DNA of 64,000 nt from an uncultured Thermoplasmata archaeon (GTDB lineage: Archaea > Thermoplasmatota > Thermoplasmata > RBG-16-68-12). The notes under the pieces were generated by a model, which made no database searches, was not told the origin of the DNA, and saw nothing but the letters and a program-made list of their open reading frames with translations. The stretch lies in contig CAVYJM010000018.1 of NCBI GenBank assembly GCA_963768855.1, positions 111,626 to 175,625 of the forward strand. The letters run 5' to 3'. Both the position numbers and the translations under genes were made by a program. Of this stretch, positions 47,973 through 57,618 are shown piece by piece (position 1 is the stretch's first letter; the number at the start of each line of letters is the position of its first letter).

Positions 47973-48602
47973 ATGAGTCAGCAGGTGGTGTTCCCGAATC
48001 CGAGCGTTCATGACAAAGCCCTCATGGCAGACCCCGCGCCGCTCGGTCTGGCGGGCTTCGCGTTCACGACGTTCCTCCTCAGCTTCGTGAACGCCGGGTG
48101 GATCCAGGAGGGCGACGCGATCGGGACGATCATTCCGCTCGCGATCTTCTGGGGCGGCCTCTGCCAGCTCCTAGCGGGCATGTTCGAGATGCGCAAGGGG
48201 AACACATTCGGGTTCACGGCCTTCAGCAGCTATGGGGCCTTCTGGCTCTTTGTCGCGTTCCTGCTCATCCTAGGGAACATAGGCGTCGTCACGGTCACGG
48301 CCCTGGGACTCGGCACCGCGCTCTTGCTCTTCGGGATCTTCACCTTCTACATGTGGATCCCCGCGATGTTCGCGAACCTGTCGCTGAACCTGACCTTCCT
48401 GTTCCTGTGGGTGGCGTTCGTCCTCCTGGGCCTCGGCGACGTGCTTCCGAACGGGACGGTCACCCAGGCCGGCGGATACGTGGGCATCCTGGCGGCGACC
48501 GCCGCGGCATACGCGAGCTTCGCCATCGTGACGAACTCGAACCTGGGGCCGGGGACCATCCCGCTTGGACCGGGGATGCGCCGCCGGCACAGAGCTGCGT
48601 GA
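47973..48602 (+). CDS. satP: Acetate uptake transporter (SatP / GPR1-FUN34-YaaH)
   Basis: ADPAPLGLAGF, GNTFGFTAFSSYGAFW. Confidence 0.92.
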   Translation: MSQQVVFPNPSVHDKALMADPAPLGLAGFAFTTFLLSFVNAGWIQEGDAIGTIIPLAIFWGGLCQLLAGMFEMRKGNTFGFTAFSSYGAFWLFVAFLLILGNIGVVTVTALGLGTALLLFGIFTFYMWIPAMFANLSLNLTFLFLWVAFVLLGLGDVLPNGTVTQAGGYVGILAATAAAYASFAIVTNSNLGPGTIPLGPGMRRRHRAA

Positions 48603-48669
48603 GCGCCTCCGAATCGGCCGCCGGCCCGACGCCGGCGGTCCCCTTCCTCTTTTCAGCGAGGGCCCCTGC

Positions 48670-49689
48670 TCAGGGACGCAGGATGACCTTGATCGAGTCT
48701 TGAGCCGTGGAGACGAGACGGAAGCCCTCGCCGGCTTGTTCGAGCGGGAGGCGGTGGGTGATCAGGTCGTCCACGCGGACCTTGCCGCCGCGCAGGAGCT
48801 CGATCGCGGCCCGGATGTCCTGGGGCGCCCCGCCGTACGACGAGGCCATCGCAATCTCCTCCCGCCACAAGGCGTTGAAGGGCAGGTCGACCCGGGCGGC
48901 GGGGTCGATCGGCGCGAAGAAGAGCACCCGGCCCCCGCGGTCCACGGAGGACAGCCCCTGCGTGATCGCCTTCGGCGCGCCCGTGCAGGTGATGGCCAGG
49001 TCTGCGAACCGGCCCCCGTTCGCCGATTTCACCTGGGCCGGCACATCCTCGCGCCCGTCGATGACCACGTCCGCGCCCGAGCGGATCGCGGCCTCCTTGC
49101 GGAAGTCCACGACGTCCGTCGCGATCACCCTGCCAGCGCCGGAGGCCTTCGCGAGGCGGATGTGGAGCAGGCCCGCAATCCCGCTCCCGAGGACCAAGAT
49201 GGTGCCTCCCGCGGGCGGGCCGACGAGCCGCTGCCCCCTCGCCACGCAGGCCAGGGGTTCGATGAAGACGGCCTGGTCGTCGGAGACCTCGGCCGGGAGC
49301 TTGAACACCCCCTGGGCCATGTTGATCTTCGGGACCCGGACGAACTCGGCGAACCCGCCGGGATCGAAGTTCGTGGTTCGCAGGGTGTCACAGACGGTCT
49401 CGTGCCCCGCCTTGCAGTAGCGGCATTCGCCGCAGGGGACGTGGTGGGAGACGAATACGCGGTCCCCGACCCGGACGTTCGCGACGCCCGCTCCGACCGC
49501 GACCACCTCGGCCGCGATCTCGTGGCCCAGGACGAGGGGCGCCTTCGGCTTGCGGTACCACTCCATGACGTCGGAGCCGCAGATCCCGCTGGCCCGCACG
49601 CGGACGAGACACTCCCCCGGGCCGATCGTCGGCTTGGGTAGGTCGACAATTCGCACGTCGCTGTTCGAGTAGTACATCGCGGCGCGCAT
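48670..49689 (-). CDS. Zn-dependent alcohol/polyol dehydrogenase
   Basis: GICGSD, GHE, CGECRYC, EPLAC, GSGIAG. Confidence 0.9.
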   Translation of the reverse strand: MRAAMYYSNSDVRIVDLPKPTIGPGECLVRVRASGICGSDVMEWYRKPKAPLVLGHEIAAEVVAVGAGVANVRVGDRVFVSHHVPCGECRYCKAGHETVCDTLRTTNFDPGGFAEFVRVPKINMAQGVFKLPAEVSDDQAVFIEPLACVARGQRLVGPPAGGTILVLGSGIAGLLHIRLAKASGAGRVIATDVVDFRKEAAIRSGADVVIDGREDVPAQVKSANGGRFADLAITCTGAPKAITQGLSSVDRGGRVLFFAPIDPAARVDLPFNALWREEIAMASSYGGAPQDIRAAIELLRGGKVRVDDLITHRLPLEQAGEGFRLVSTAQDSIKVILRP

Positions 49690-49708
49690 GGAGGGACGCC
49701 CGCCACGC

Positions 49709-50506
49709 TCAGCGCTTGCCGCCTTTCACGGACTTCACGTACTCGAGAGCCTCCTTCGCGGAAGCGTGCTCGTGCACGATCGCCCGCACGGCATGGATCA
49801 TGCCCAGCGCGTTCGGGGCCTGCCAGATGTTCCGTCCCATGTCCACGCCGGAGGCCCCCGCCTCGATGCAATGCTGCGTGAGCTCGAGGGCGTCCAGCTC
49901 CGTCTCGAGCTTCGGACCGCCGGCCACGACGAGCGGCACGGGGCACGCCTCGACGACCTTCTCGAAGTCCTCGCAGTAGTACGTCTTCACGAACCGCGCC
50001 CCGAACTCCGCGGCAATCCGGCACGCGAGGCTCAGGTAGCGCGCATCACGCTTCTCGAGCTCCTTGCCCACCGCGGTCACGGCGAGCACGGGTATGCCGA
50101 CCTCCTCGCCCTCGTCGACGAGCTTCCCGAGGTTCACGAGGCTCTCGTGCTCGTGCGGCGCACCGACGAAGATGGACAGGGCGACCGCGGAGGCGTTGAG
50201 GCGGACCGCCTCGCGCATGCCGGTCGTGATCGCCTCATGGGAGAGGTCCTCTTTCAGGACGCTCGTGCCGCCCGAGACGCGGAGGACGATCGGCGTCGTG
50301 AACGTGGGCTCGATCGAGGAACGCACGAGGCCGCGTGTAATCATGACCGCGTCGGCATAGGGCAGCAGGGGCTCGATCGTCTTGCGCGGCACTTCGAGCT
50401 TGTGCGTCGGCCCGAGGAAGTACCCATGGTCGACGGCGAGCATGACCGTGCGTCCATCTGTCGGCCGGAAGATGCGTGAGAGGCGGTTGTTCAGTCCCCA
50501 GCTCAT
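49709..50506 (-). CDS. lsrF: LsrF-like thiolase / class I aldolase (DhnA family)
   Basis: WGLNNRLSRIF, MLAVDHGYFLGPT, VKTYY, GVDMGRNIWQ. Confidence 0.82.
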   Translation of the reverse strand: MSWGLNNRLSRIFRPTDGRTVMLAVDHGYFLGPTHKLEVPRKTIEPLLPYADAVMITRGLVRSSIEPTFTTPIVLRVSGGTSVLKEDLSHEAITTGMREAVRLNASAVALSIFVGAPHEHESLVNLGKLVDEGEEVGIPVLAVTAVGKELEKRDARYLSLACRIAAEFGARFVKTYYCEDFEKVVEACPVPLVVAGGPKLETELDALELTQHCIEAGASGVDMGRNIWQAPNALGMIHAVRAIVHEHASAKEALEYVKSVKGGKR

Positions 50507-50617
50507 AAGAGTCCCTCCCGGAGGGAGTCGACGCAACCGATTCGATGCGGGCTATATAGCCTTTCCCCGCGAGCCCGGGAGCGCGGGACGGGCGGGCCGG
50601 GAGGGCGGGTCGTACCC

Positions 50618-50785
50618 CTACTTGATCGCGCTCTCAATCTTCGCCTTCAGGTCCTCGGGGAACGCGGTAATCTTGTGGACGTCGGAGGCGTGCTCCTCGA
50701 TCTTGTGCATGAGGCCGTTCTTCGTGAAGGCCTTCGCGGCGAACTTGCAGTCCATGCCGATGTCCGCACACCTAAAGCTCGGCAT
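50618..50785 (-). CDS. DUF1059 small metal-binding protein (55 aa; below the ORF-track cutoff)
   Basis: Manual translation MPSFRCADIGMDCKFAAKAFTKNGLMHKIEEHASDVHKITAFPEDLKAKIESAIK. Confidence 0.85.
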   Translation of the reverse strand: MPSFRCADIGMDCKFAAKAFTKNGLMHKIEEHASDVHKITAFPEDLKAKIESAIK

Positions 50786-50898
50786 AGGGGCATCCACGGC
50801 GGAAGGGGGTCAAGAACATTTCGGGCCGCCGAGAATCGTCGGGAGCGGAGCGGCCTGCGCGGCGCAAGCCTCTTTCGCCAAAGGCCCGATGCCCCCCC

Positions 50899-51639
50899 AT
50901 GGCGCTCGACGTGTGGATGGAACGGGAGCGGATCGCAGGCGACCTGCGGAGCCTCGGGCGACCCGGGGGCGACCCGAAACTCCAGGCCTATCTCGGGTCC
51001 CCGTATCCGGTGCTCGGCCTGTCCTCCGCAGAGTTCAAGGAAGTCCACCGGCGCTTCAAGACGGCGCACCCTGACCTGAGCACCAAAGAGGTCAACCTGC
51101 TCGCCGCGGCGCTTTGGTCCGGCTCGACCTGCGAGGAGAAGATGTTCGCGATCGGACTCCTGTCGCGCAACGCGAAGGCGCTCGACGAACGGTCGTGGGC
51201 GCTTGCGGACCGCTGGGTGGACGAGGCAATCGGCTGGGCGTTGAGCGACGGCCTGGCCTCGGGGCCGATCAGCTTGATGGCGCACGCGAACCCAAAACGG
51301 TTCGCCGAACTTCTGCGGTGGACGAAGGCGAACCACTTCTGGCGCCGGCGTGCATCGACCTACGCACTGAACGACTGGGTGCGCGCGGGCGATCTCGAGA
51401 AACCGTTCCGCCTCCTGGAGCGCCTCCTGTACGACGACGAGTTCTGGGTTCAGCGCGCGGTCGGTACTTGGTTGCGAGAGTGCTGGAAGCAGGACGAGCG
51501 ACGCACCGCGGCGTTCCTGCGTGAGCATGTGCGCGGTCTCCCGCCCGTGACGATCACGGTGGCGACGGAGCGGGCTCCGAAGGCGTTCCGCGAGGAGTTG
51601 CGGAAGAAGAGCAAGGCGGCCCAGGCGGGACGCCGCTAG
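50899..51639 (+). CDS. DNA alkylation repair protein (AlkD-like HEAT repeat)
   Basis: HFWRRRAS, DDEFWVQRAVGTWLRE. Confidence 0.85.
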   Translation: MALDVWMERERIAGDLRSLGRPGGDPKLQAYLGSPYPVLGLSSAEFKEVHRRFKTAHPDLSTKEVNLLAAALWSGSTCEEKMFAIGLLSRNAKALDERSWALADRWVDEAIGWALSDGLASGPISLMAHANPKRFAELLRWTKANHFWRRRASTYALNDWVRAGDLEKPFRLLERLLYDDEFWVQRAVGTWLRECWKQDERRTAAFLREHVRGLPPVTITVATERAPKAFREELRKKSKAAQAGRR

Positions 51640-51648
51640 GCGATGCGC

Positions 51649-52179
51649 TCAGCCCGGGGAGGAAGACATCCGCCGGAGGAGGACCTCGAGGTCCTCCGGG
51701 TAACGGGCCTTCCTCATCCCGGAGAGGAGTTCCGCCTGGGCTTCGCGCACGCCGGACGGGAGGCCCTTCCAGAGGGCACGCACCTGTCGGTCCAGCTTCC
51801 GCTCCGCCTCCGCGACCGAGTCGGCCACGACGGACAGGTCGAAGCCCCGCACGGGGCCGTAGTACGCGTAGACGTAGAGGTTCCCCTTGAAGAAGCAGGC
51901 GCTGTACGGGATGGACTGGACCCCGGCGTGCTCCGCGACCTTTGCGAACCGCTCCACCTCCTCGGGCGTCGCGCGGGCCGGCGCCCCGATCTCCGTGAGG
52001 ACCTCGGCGGTGGACACGTACCACGACTCCTTGCGGCGCGTGTCGACGATGAGCGGGAGGCCTTCGACGACGAGGCTGCCGCACGACGTCTCCTGGGTGT
52101 CCGCGTCGAAGACGGTGAGGCCGTGGTCCTCCGGGGCGAGCCGCCGAAGAAGGAGGAAGTCGTCCCGCTCGATACTCAC
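51649..52179 (-). CDS. Hypothetical protein
   Basis: GC3-rich frame, globular composition, no family recognised. Confidence 0.6.
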   Translation of the reverse strand: MSIERDDFLLLRRLAPEDHGLTVFDADTQETSCGSLVVEGLPLIVDTRRKESWYVSTAEVLTEIGAPARATPEEVERFAKVAEHAGVQSIPYSACFFKGNLYVYAYYGPVRGFDLSVVADSVAEAERKLDRQVRALWKGLPSGVREAQAELLSGMRKARYPEDLEVLLRRMSSSPG

Positions 52180-52304
52180 GCGGCGGTCACGGACGAGCGG
52201 CTACTTGAGCCTGCGGCGAACGTCGAGCAACGCGGCGCCCCCATCGTACGGGCCGCAAGCTTATACGAAGGATGTCATTTGGGAATCCGAACCGGGGCGA
52301 AGAG

Positions 52305-53390
52305 ATGGCCGACAAGATCCTCATCCAGGAGCGATCGCTCAGGAGCTTCTGCGAACAGGTCCTCATGAAGCTCGGCGTCCCCGCGGACGACGCGCGGGTG
52401 ACGACGGACGTCCTCGTCCTCGCGGACCTCCGCGGGATCGACAGCCACGGCGTCGCGCGCCTCCAGCGATACGTATCGGGCCTCCAGGAAGGCTACATGA
52501 AGCCCACGGACCACAGCACGATCGTCCGGGAGACCAAGGCCACCGCCCTCCTGGACGGGGGCCAGAGCCTCGGCCAGGTCGTCGGCAAGAAGGGGATGGA
52601 GCTCGCGATCAGGAAGGCGAAGGAGACGGCGGTCGGGATCGTCACCGTCCGCAACTCGAACCATTACGGCATCGCGGGCTACTACGCGCTCATGGCCCTG
52701 GAGCACGACTTGATCGGGATGAGCATGACGAACGCGGCTCCGCTCGTCGTGCCGACGTTCGGGCGCACCGCGATCCTGGGTACGAACCCGATCAGCATCA
52801 CCGCGCCGACTTCGAAGGAGACGCCCTTCGTCTTCGACATGGCCACCTCCACGGTCCCGCGCGGGAAGGTCGAGGTGTATAACCGCCTGGCCAAGCCCAT
52901 GCCGAAGGGCTACGCGGTCGACGAGACCGGCGCCGACTCGACGGACCCGGCGCGCGTCCTGAACGCCCTCGCGAAGCGCCTCGGCGGCGGATTGCTCCCC
53001 CTTGGCGGGGCGGGTGAGGAGTTCGGTGGACACAAGGGCTACGGGCTCGCGCTCATGGTCGACGTCCTCTGCGGAGTGCTCCCGGGCGCGGCAACGGGCC
53101 TCCAGGTGTACGCGGACGAGAAGAAGCCCGACGTCGGGCACTTCTTCCTGGCGATCGACCCAGCGGCCTTCCGACCCCTCGAGGAGTTCAAGCGGGACAT
53201 GGACCGGCTCGCACGGGAGCTCAAGGACAGCCCGAAGGCGCAGGGCCAGCCGCGGATCTACGTCGCCGGCGAGAAGAGCTACGCGCGCATGGAGAAGTAT
53301 CGGAAGGAAGGCATCCCACTGGGCCCGAAGGTCGTCGAGAACCTGAAGCAGATCTCGGCCCAGCTGCGCGTCCCGTGGCCCGGCCCATGA
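52305..53390 (+). CDS. Ldh_2 family (malate/L-lactate/ureidoglycolate/ComC-like) dehydrogenase
   Basis: DLRGIDSHGV, SNHYGIA, GTNPI, DMATS, GGHKGYGL. Confidence 0.9.
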   Translation: MADKILIQERSLRSFCEQVLMKLGVPADDARVTTDVLVLADLRGIDSHGVARLQRYVSGLQEGYMKPTDHSTIVRETKATALLDGGQSLGQVVGKKGMELAIRKAKETAVGIVTVRNSNHYGIAGYYALMALEHDLIGMSMTNAAPLVVPTFGRTAILGTNPISITAPTSKETPFVFDMATSTVPRGKVEVYNRLAKPMPKGYAVDETGADSTDPARVLNALAKRLGGGLLPLGGAGEEFGGHKGYGLALMVDVLCGVLPGAATGLQVYADEKKPDVGHFFLAIDPAAFRPLEEFKRDMDRLARELKDSPKAQGQPRIYVAGEKSYARMEKYRKEGIPLGPKVVENLKQISAQLRVPWPGP

Positions 53391-53440
53391 TACGTGCGCA
53401 GGCTAGATAAGCCCCTCATGCTTCCCGAGGCCGCGGGACC

Positions 53441-54832
53441 ATGGAGACCTGGGACGTCGCGATCGTCGGAGGCGGCATCCTCGGCACCTCCCTCGCCTAC
53501 TGGCTCGCGAACCGCTACGAGGGACGGATCGCCGTCCTCGAGCGGGAGCGGAAGGTCGCGCAGCACGGCTCCCGCCGCAACACGGGCGTCATTCACCGGC
53601 CCTTCTACCTCGATCCGGAGAAGCGCCGCATCTTCGCCCGGAGCTCCCAGGTCGCCTACGGCATGTGGAAGGCCTATGCCCCGGACCGTGGCCTCCCGTT
53701 CTCCCCCGTCGGGACGCTCGAGGTCGCGACGGAGGAGTGGATGGTCCACAAGACGGAGATGTACTACGAGTGGGGCCAGAAGAACGGAATGAAACCGGAG
53801 GAGCTGGAAGTCCTGTCCGCGCAGGACGTCCGCCGCATCGAGCCGAACGTCGAGTGCTACGGCGCGATCTGGTCCAAGACGGACACCGCGGTGGACTACG
53901 AGCTGTACACCGCCTCCCTGAAGGAGGACGCGGAGCGGATGGGCGCGCGCTTCCTGACCGGGGTCGAGGTCGAGTCCGTGGAGGTCGCCGGGGATGTGCT
54001 CAACATCCATGTCGAACCGACCGCCGGCCCGGCCGCGTCCGTGTACCTCGACTCGCGCGAACGGGTGCGGGCCGTCCCAGACTGGACGCACGAACCGATC
54101 CAAACGCGCTTCCTAATCAACGCCGCGGGCGGCAACTCAATCGACATCGCGCGCATGCTCGACCTCGGCACGGAGTACACGGACCTGCATTTCCGCGGGG
54201 AGTACTGGACCGTCGACCCGGCGTACCACTACCTCGCGCGCCGCAACGTCTACAGCGTCGCGAAGCATCCCGACCTCCCGTTCCTGGACCCGCACTGGAT
54301 CGTGCGGGCGAGCGGCCGCGTGGAGATCGGACCGAACGCGGTGCCCATCACGGGCCCGCACACGTACCACGGCTTCTTCGAGGATCCCGCGGACGTGGTC
54401 AAGAAGTTCTTCGAACCGCCGGTCTGGAACAAGATCGCGGTCCTGTTCAACCCGGACTTCATGACCCTGGCGACCGAGGAGTGGGCCTCCTCGATCTCAA
54501 AGACCGTGATGGCGAACCGCGTGCGGCGATTCCTCCCGGCGATGCGCGTGGACTTCCTCGACGGCCCCGGGACCGCAGGGGTCCGTTCGAACGTGCTCGA
54601 TCACGAGGGCAACTTCCTCAAGGAGGCGATCGAGCTCACCGGGCCCCACTCCTACCACATCATCAACTACAACTCGCCCGGCGCCACCGGCGCGCCCGCC
54701 TATAGTGCCTGGGTTGTGAAGAACCTCGCATGGAAGGGGCTGCTCGATCATCTGAACAAGAAGGCCGCTCCCTCGACGAAGCCCTGGGACTTCGACGCGG
54801 TGGTCAAGGGCGTCGAGTCACCGGATTGGTAA
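53441..54832 (+). CDS. FAD-dependent oxidoreductase (L-2-hydroxyglutarate oxidase-like)
   Basis: GGGILG, SRRNTGVIH, FRGEY, SPGAT. Confidence 0.82.
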   Translation: METWDVAIVGGGILGTSLAYWLANRYEGRIAVLERERKVAQHGSRRNTGVIHRPFYLDPEKRRIFARSSQVAYGMWKAYAPDRGLPFSPVGTLEVATEEWMVHKTEMYYEWGQKNGMKPEELEVLSAQDVRRIEPNVECYGAIWSKTDTAVDYELYTASLKEDAERMGARFLTGVEVESVEVAGDVLNIHVEPTAGPAASVYLDSRERVRAVPDWTHEPIQTRFLINAAGGNSIDIARMLDLGTEYTDLHFRGEYWTVDPAYHYLARRNVYSVAKHPDLPFLDPHWIVRASGRVEIGPNAVPITGPHTYHGFFEDPADVVKKFFEPPVWNKIAVLFNPDFMTLATEEWASSISKTVMANRVRRFLPAMRVDFLDGPGTAGVRSNVLDHEGNFLKEAIELTGPHSYHIINYNSPGATGAPAYSAWVVKNLAWKGLLDHLNKKAAPSTKPWDFDAVVKGVESPDW

Positions 54833-54888
54833 CGTAAGCCGCCGCGACGGCGCCAACCTCTTAGGCGGAGACCGCCTTCGCACCTGCT

Positions 54889-55386
54889 GTGCCGATAGAA
54901 TCGGTCCGGTTCCGGAAGTGGGAGCTCAATGCCGACCCGGAGGCCACCCGCGAAGCGTACGAGGCGATCGAAATCGGTTGGCCCGAGTTCTGCGGGTGCG
55001 TGCACTGCAGGAACTTCGAGCAGGCGCGTCCGAGGGTCTATCCGCGGGATGCCCTCGAGCTCATGCAGCTCCTGGCCATCCCCCCTGCGCGGGAGCAGGA
55101 GGTCATCCCCGTCGAACCTATCGGCGACAACGCCTACTTCTACACGGGTTCGTTCTCGTTCGTGGGCACGCTCGTCTCGGGCCCGGATTTCTGGGGGCCG
55201 AAGCCGGGAGGCGGGCTGATGAACGACCGCGCCGCGACGGAGTTCCTGACCGACACGTTCCGGATGGGCTTCACGACGCACCTCACCCGCACGCCGAAGC
55301 CGTTCCGCGACAAGCCGGTCGTGCAGTTCGAGTTCGCGGCCGAGGTCCCCTGGGTGATCCCGAAGCGGATGCCGGACCGCCCATAG
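54889..55386 (+). CDS. Conserved-type hypothetical protein with CxCxxC motif
   Basis: CGCVHCRNF; GC3-rich frame. Confidence 0.65.
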   Translation: MPIESVRFRKWELNADPEATREAYEAIEIGWPEFCGCVHCRNFEQARPRVYPRDALELMQLLAIPPAREQEVIPVEPIGDNAYFYTGSFSFVGTLVSGPDFWGPKPGGGLMNDRAATEFLTDTFRMGFTTHLTRTPKPFRDKPVVQFEFAAEVPWVIPKRMPDRP

Positions 55387-55393
55387 TCCTGGA

Positions 55394-55504
55394 TGTCGGG
55401 GGCGGGAGTTGAACCCGCGACCTCCGGATGCCTCAGGAGCGCCGTGGTCTAGCTACGGCACAACCCTATGAGTCCGACGCTCCACCAGGCTGAGCCACCC
55501 CGAC
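55394..55504 (-). tRNA. tRNA-Met(CAT) with a 37-nt intron at position 37/38 (55430-55466)
   Basis: Cloverleaf GTCGGGG...TCGGA CTCATA^A TCCGG...GGGTTCAACTCCC...CCCCGAC; BHB-type intron ends. Confidence 0.93.
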
Positions 55505-55617
55505 GGCCCGGCCCATGGACCGGAGCGTAATAAAGGATACGGGGACGGACGCGACTCGACGACCGCAGCGCGTATCTTCCCTACGCCATTAAATAGCCCG
55601 AGTCCCGTCGATTCCCC

Positions 55618-56631
55618 GTGGACCCGGAATACGCGGCTCGCGACGCGCGCGCGGTGGAGGACCCGATCGCCGCGACCTTCGACCTCGCGGAGTCCGTGGA
55701 CCGCCAGACACCGAAGATCCGCCGCATGCTGCGGTACGTCTGGTGGTTCGTCTTCGTCTGGCTGGTGCTGGACTTCTTCATCATGCTCATCGTCTCCGAG
55801 GACAAGGCGCTCACCCTCCTCCTGTTCGCGCCGGTCGTCGGGCTCCTGTTCGCCCTCCGGTACGCAAATTCCGCGAGCACCCGATCCGTCGTGTTCGCGG
55901 TCGCCCTCGTCTTCGGCATCCTCCAGGTCCTCTCGTTCCGGGGCACGCTCGTCATCGGGACGGTCCTCGAGATCCTCTTCTTCCTCGGGTTCCTGATCCT
56001 GGAGCTCCTCCGCGACCTGCGCTCCTTCTTCGACTACTTCGCCCTGCGGCACCGCGTGATCCAGCATCTGCGCAACGCGGACCCCGTGGTCTACATCCCC
56101 GAGGGCAAGGACTCCGTGCACCGCATCCTGAACCACCTCGCCGCGACGAACCCGGACGTGCGCGCGGTGATCGCAATCCCGGGCGCCATGACGGCTCCCG
56201 CCCTCCTCACCGGGAAGAGCGGTCTCGTGTACTCGTTCGACGCGTACGTTCGCTCGCCGCCGTCCGCGGTCCGACGCATCACGGGATTCGGCCATGCGGG
56301 GTTCGCGATCTTCGCGAAGGCCTTCGACCACACGCCCACGCTGGCCGATGTGCAAGCCCTCAAGGCGGCCGTCGCGGACGCCTCCGCGGCCACCCGGATC
56401 CCCCCCGCCCGCGTCCTCGCGATCTGGAAGGGGAAGGGCACGGAGACGGTCACGCCCGACGTCTACGAGTTCGTCACGAAGGACGCAATCCGGGTCACCC
56501 TCCGCGGCTCCACGTTCGTCTGCACGCTCGAGCTCGTGCGCGAGGGCGACGACGGCATCTACGACTTCATCCCGGTCGTCGTCGAGCCGTCCGTCGCGCC
56601 GACCTCGCCTCCGGCGCCGTCCAAGGCTTGA
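55618..56631 (+). CDS. Membrane protein with C-terminal degenerate PD-(D/E)XK-like domain
   Basis: About 4 TM, then GKSGLVYSFD...IFAK. Confidence 0.55.
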   Translation: MDPEYAARDARAVEDPIAATFDLAESVDRQTPKIRRMLRYVWWFVFVWLVLDFFIMLIVSEDKALTLLLFAPVVGLLFALRYANSASTRSVVFAVALVFGILQVLSFRGTLVIGTVLEILFFLGFLILELLRDLRSFFDYFALRHRVIQHLRNADPVVYIPEGKDSVHRILNHLAATNPDVRAVIAIPGAMTAPALLTGKSGLVYSFDAYVRSPPSAVRRITGFGHAGFAIFAKAFDHTPTLADVQALKAAVADASAATRIPPARVLAIWKGKGTETVTPDVYEFVTKDAIRVTLRGSTFVCTLELVREGDDGIYDFIPVVVEPSVAPTSPPAPSKA

Positions 56632-56637
56632 GGCCCA

Positions 56638-57021
56638 TCAGTCCCGGAGCCAGAACGGCGGTTTCGTATAGCGGTAATGATCCCGGATCTGCTCCTGGTA
56701 GATCTTGCGATAGAACTCGTTGTACTTCCGGATGTGGAGCACGCCCGCCTTCGTGATCCGCACACGGTAGTGCCCGTCGATCGCCTGGACGGTCACGTGG
56801 TCCTCCTTCACGAGCGCCTCGAGGACGCGCTCCGTCATGAAATGGTTCGACTTGATCTCCCGCTTCACCTCTTCCTTGGAGATGCCTTCCTGCGACGGGA
56901 GGATCGCGTCGAGCTTGGGCTCCAGGTTCTCCTGGTACAGGTCGATCCGCATCTCGGCCACGAGGCGGTTCAGGACGAAGCATCCGTAGATGACCAAGTC
57001 CTTGTAGGGCCGGGAGGGCAT
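56638..57021 (-). CDS. Hypothetical winged-helix protein
   Basis: TERVLEALVKEDHV...YRVRITKAG wing motif. Confidence 0.6.
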   Translation of the reverse strand: MPSRPYKDLVIYGCFVLNRLVAEMRIDLYQENLEPKLDAILPSQEGISKEEVKREIKSNHFMTERVLEALVKEDHVTVQAIDGHYRVRITKAGVLHIRKYNEFYRKIYQEQIRDHYRYTKPPFWLRD

Positions 57022-57158
57022 GGGGGCGGCCGGCGATGCGGGATAAGGATAATGAATGCGTCGCAGCCATTCGCGAGGAGTCGGACCGGAAGGATTTTCA
57101 CGTTCGCACACCTCTGTGGGCAGACGCTATGCCGTCCCGCACGCTGACGCCTTCTCCG

Positions 57159-57557
57159 ATGGGCATATTCGCAGTCCGCGTTCGTGTCTACAGCCTACGC
57201 GATGCGCGGAAGAGACGGGAGATCGAAGCGACGGTAGACACCGACGCGCTGTTTCCCGTGATCCCTCGAGCGCTCCTGGAGGAGTTGGATGCGGACCCAA
57301 TCGAAACCCGCACATTCGTCCTGGCAAATGGGGAACAGATACGAAGGGACGTTGCCCAAGTTGGTGTGGAATATGAAGGGCATCTGGCGGCCACCTCGGT
57401 CATCCTGGGAGAACCGGGGGATGCGACCCTCCTCGGTGCGCTGGCCTTGGAGGGCCTCGGGTACGAAGCCGATTCGGTTCACCGGACGCTTCGACCCACG
57501 ACCCTGTACTTGTTGGGCCTTGGAACGATGACCGGGCCGCGACCCTCGACGACTTAA
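57159..57557 (+). CDS. Clan AA (retropepsin-like) aspartic protease homolog with DTG changed to DTD
   Basis: EATVDTDA, LANG, LLGALALEGLG. Confidence 0.75.
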   Translation: MGIFAVRVRVYSLRDARKRREIEATVDTDALFPVIPRALLEELDADPIETRTFVLANGEQIRRDVAQVGVEYEGHLAATSVILGEPGDATLLGALALEGLGYEADSVHRTLRPTTLYLLGLGTMTGPRPSTT

Positions 57558-57618
57558 AGCCATCGGGAAGACTCTTGCCCGTCCGGATATCCCGCCTGGG
57601 TCGCATCGCGTCGGCAAG

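Noticed and set aside
55430-55466. tRNA-Met intron
   Set aside because: Canonical position 37/38 intron, common in euryarchaeal elongator tRNA-Met
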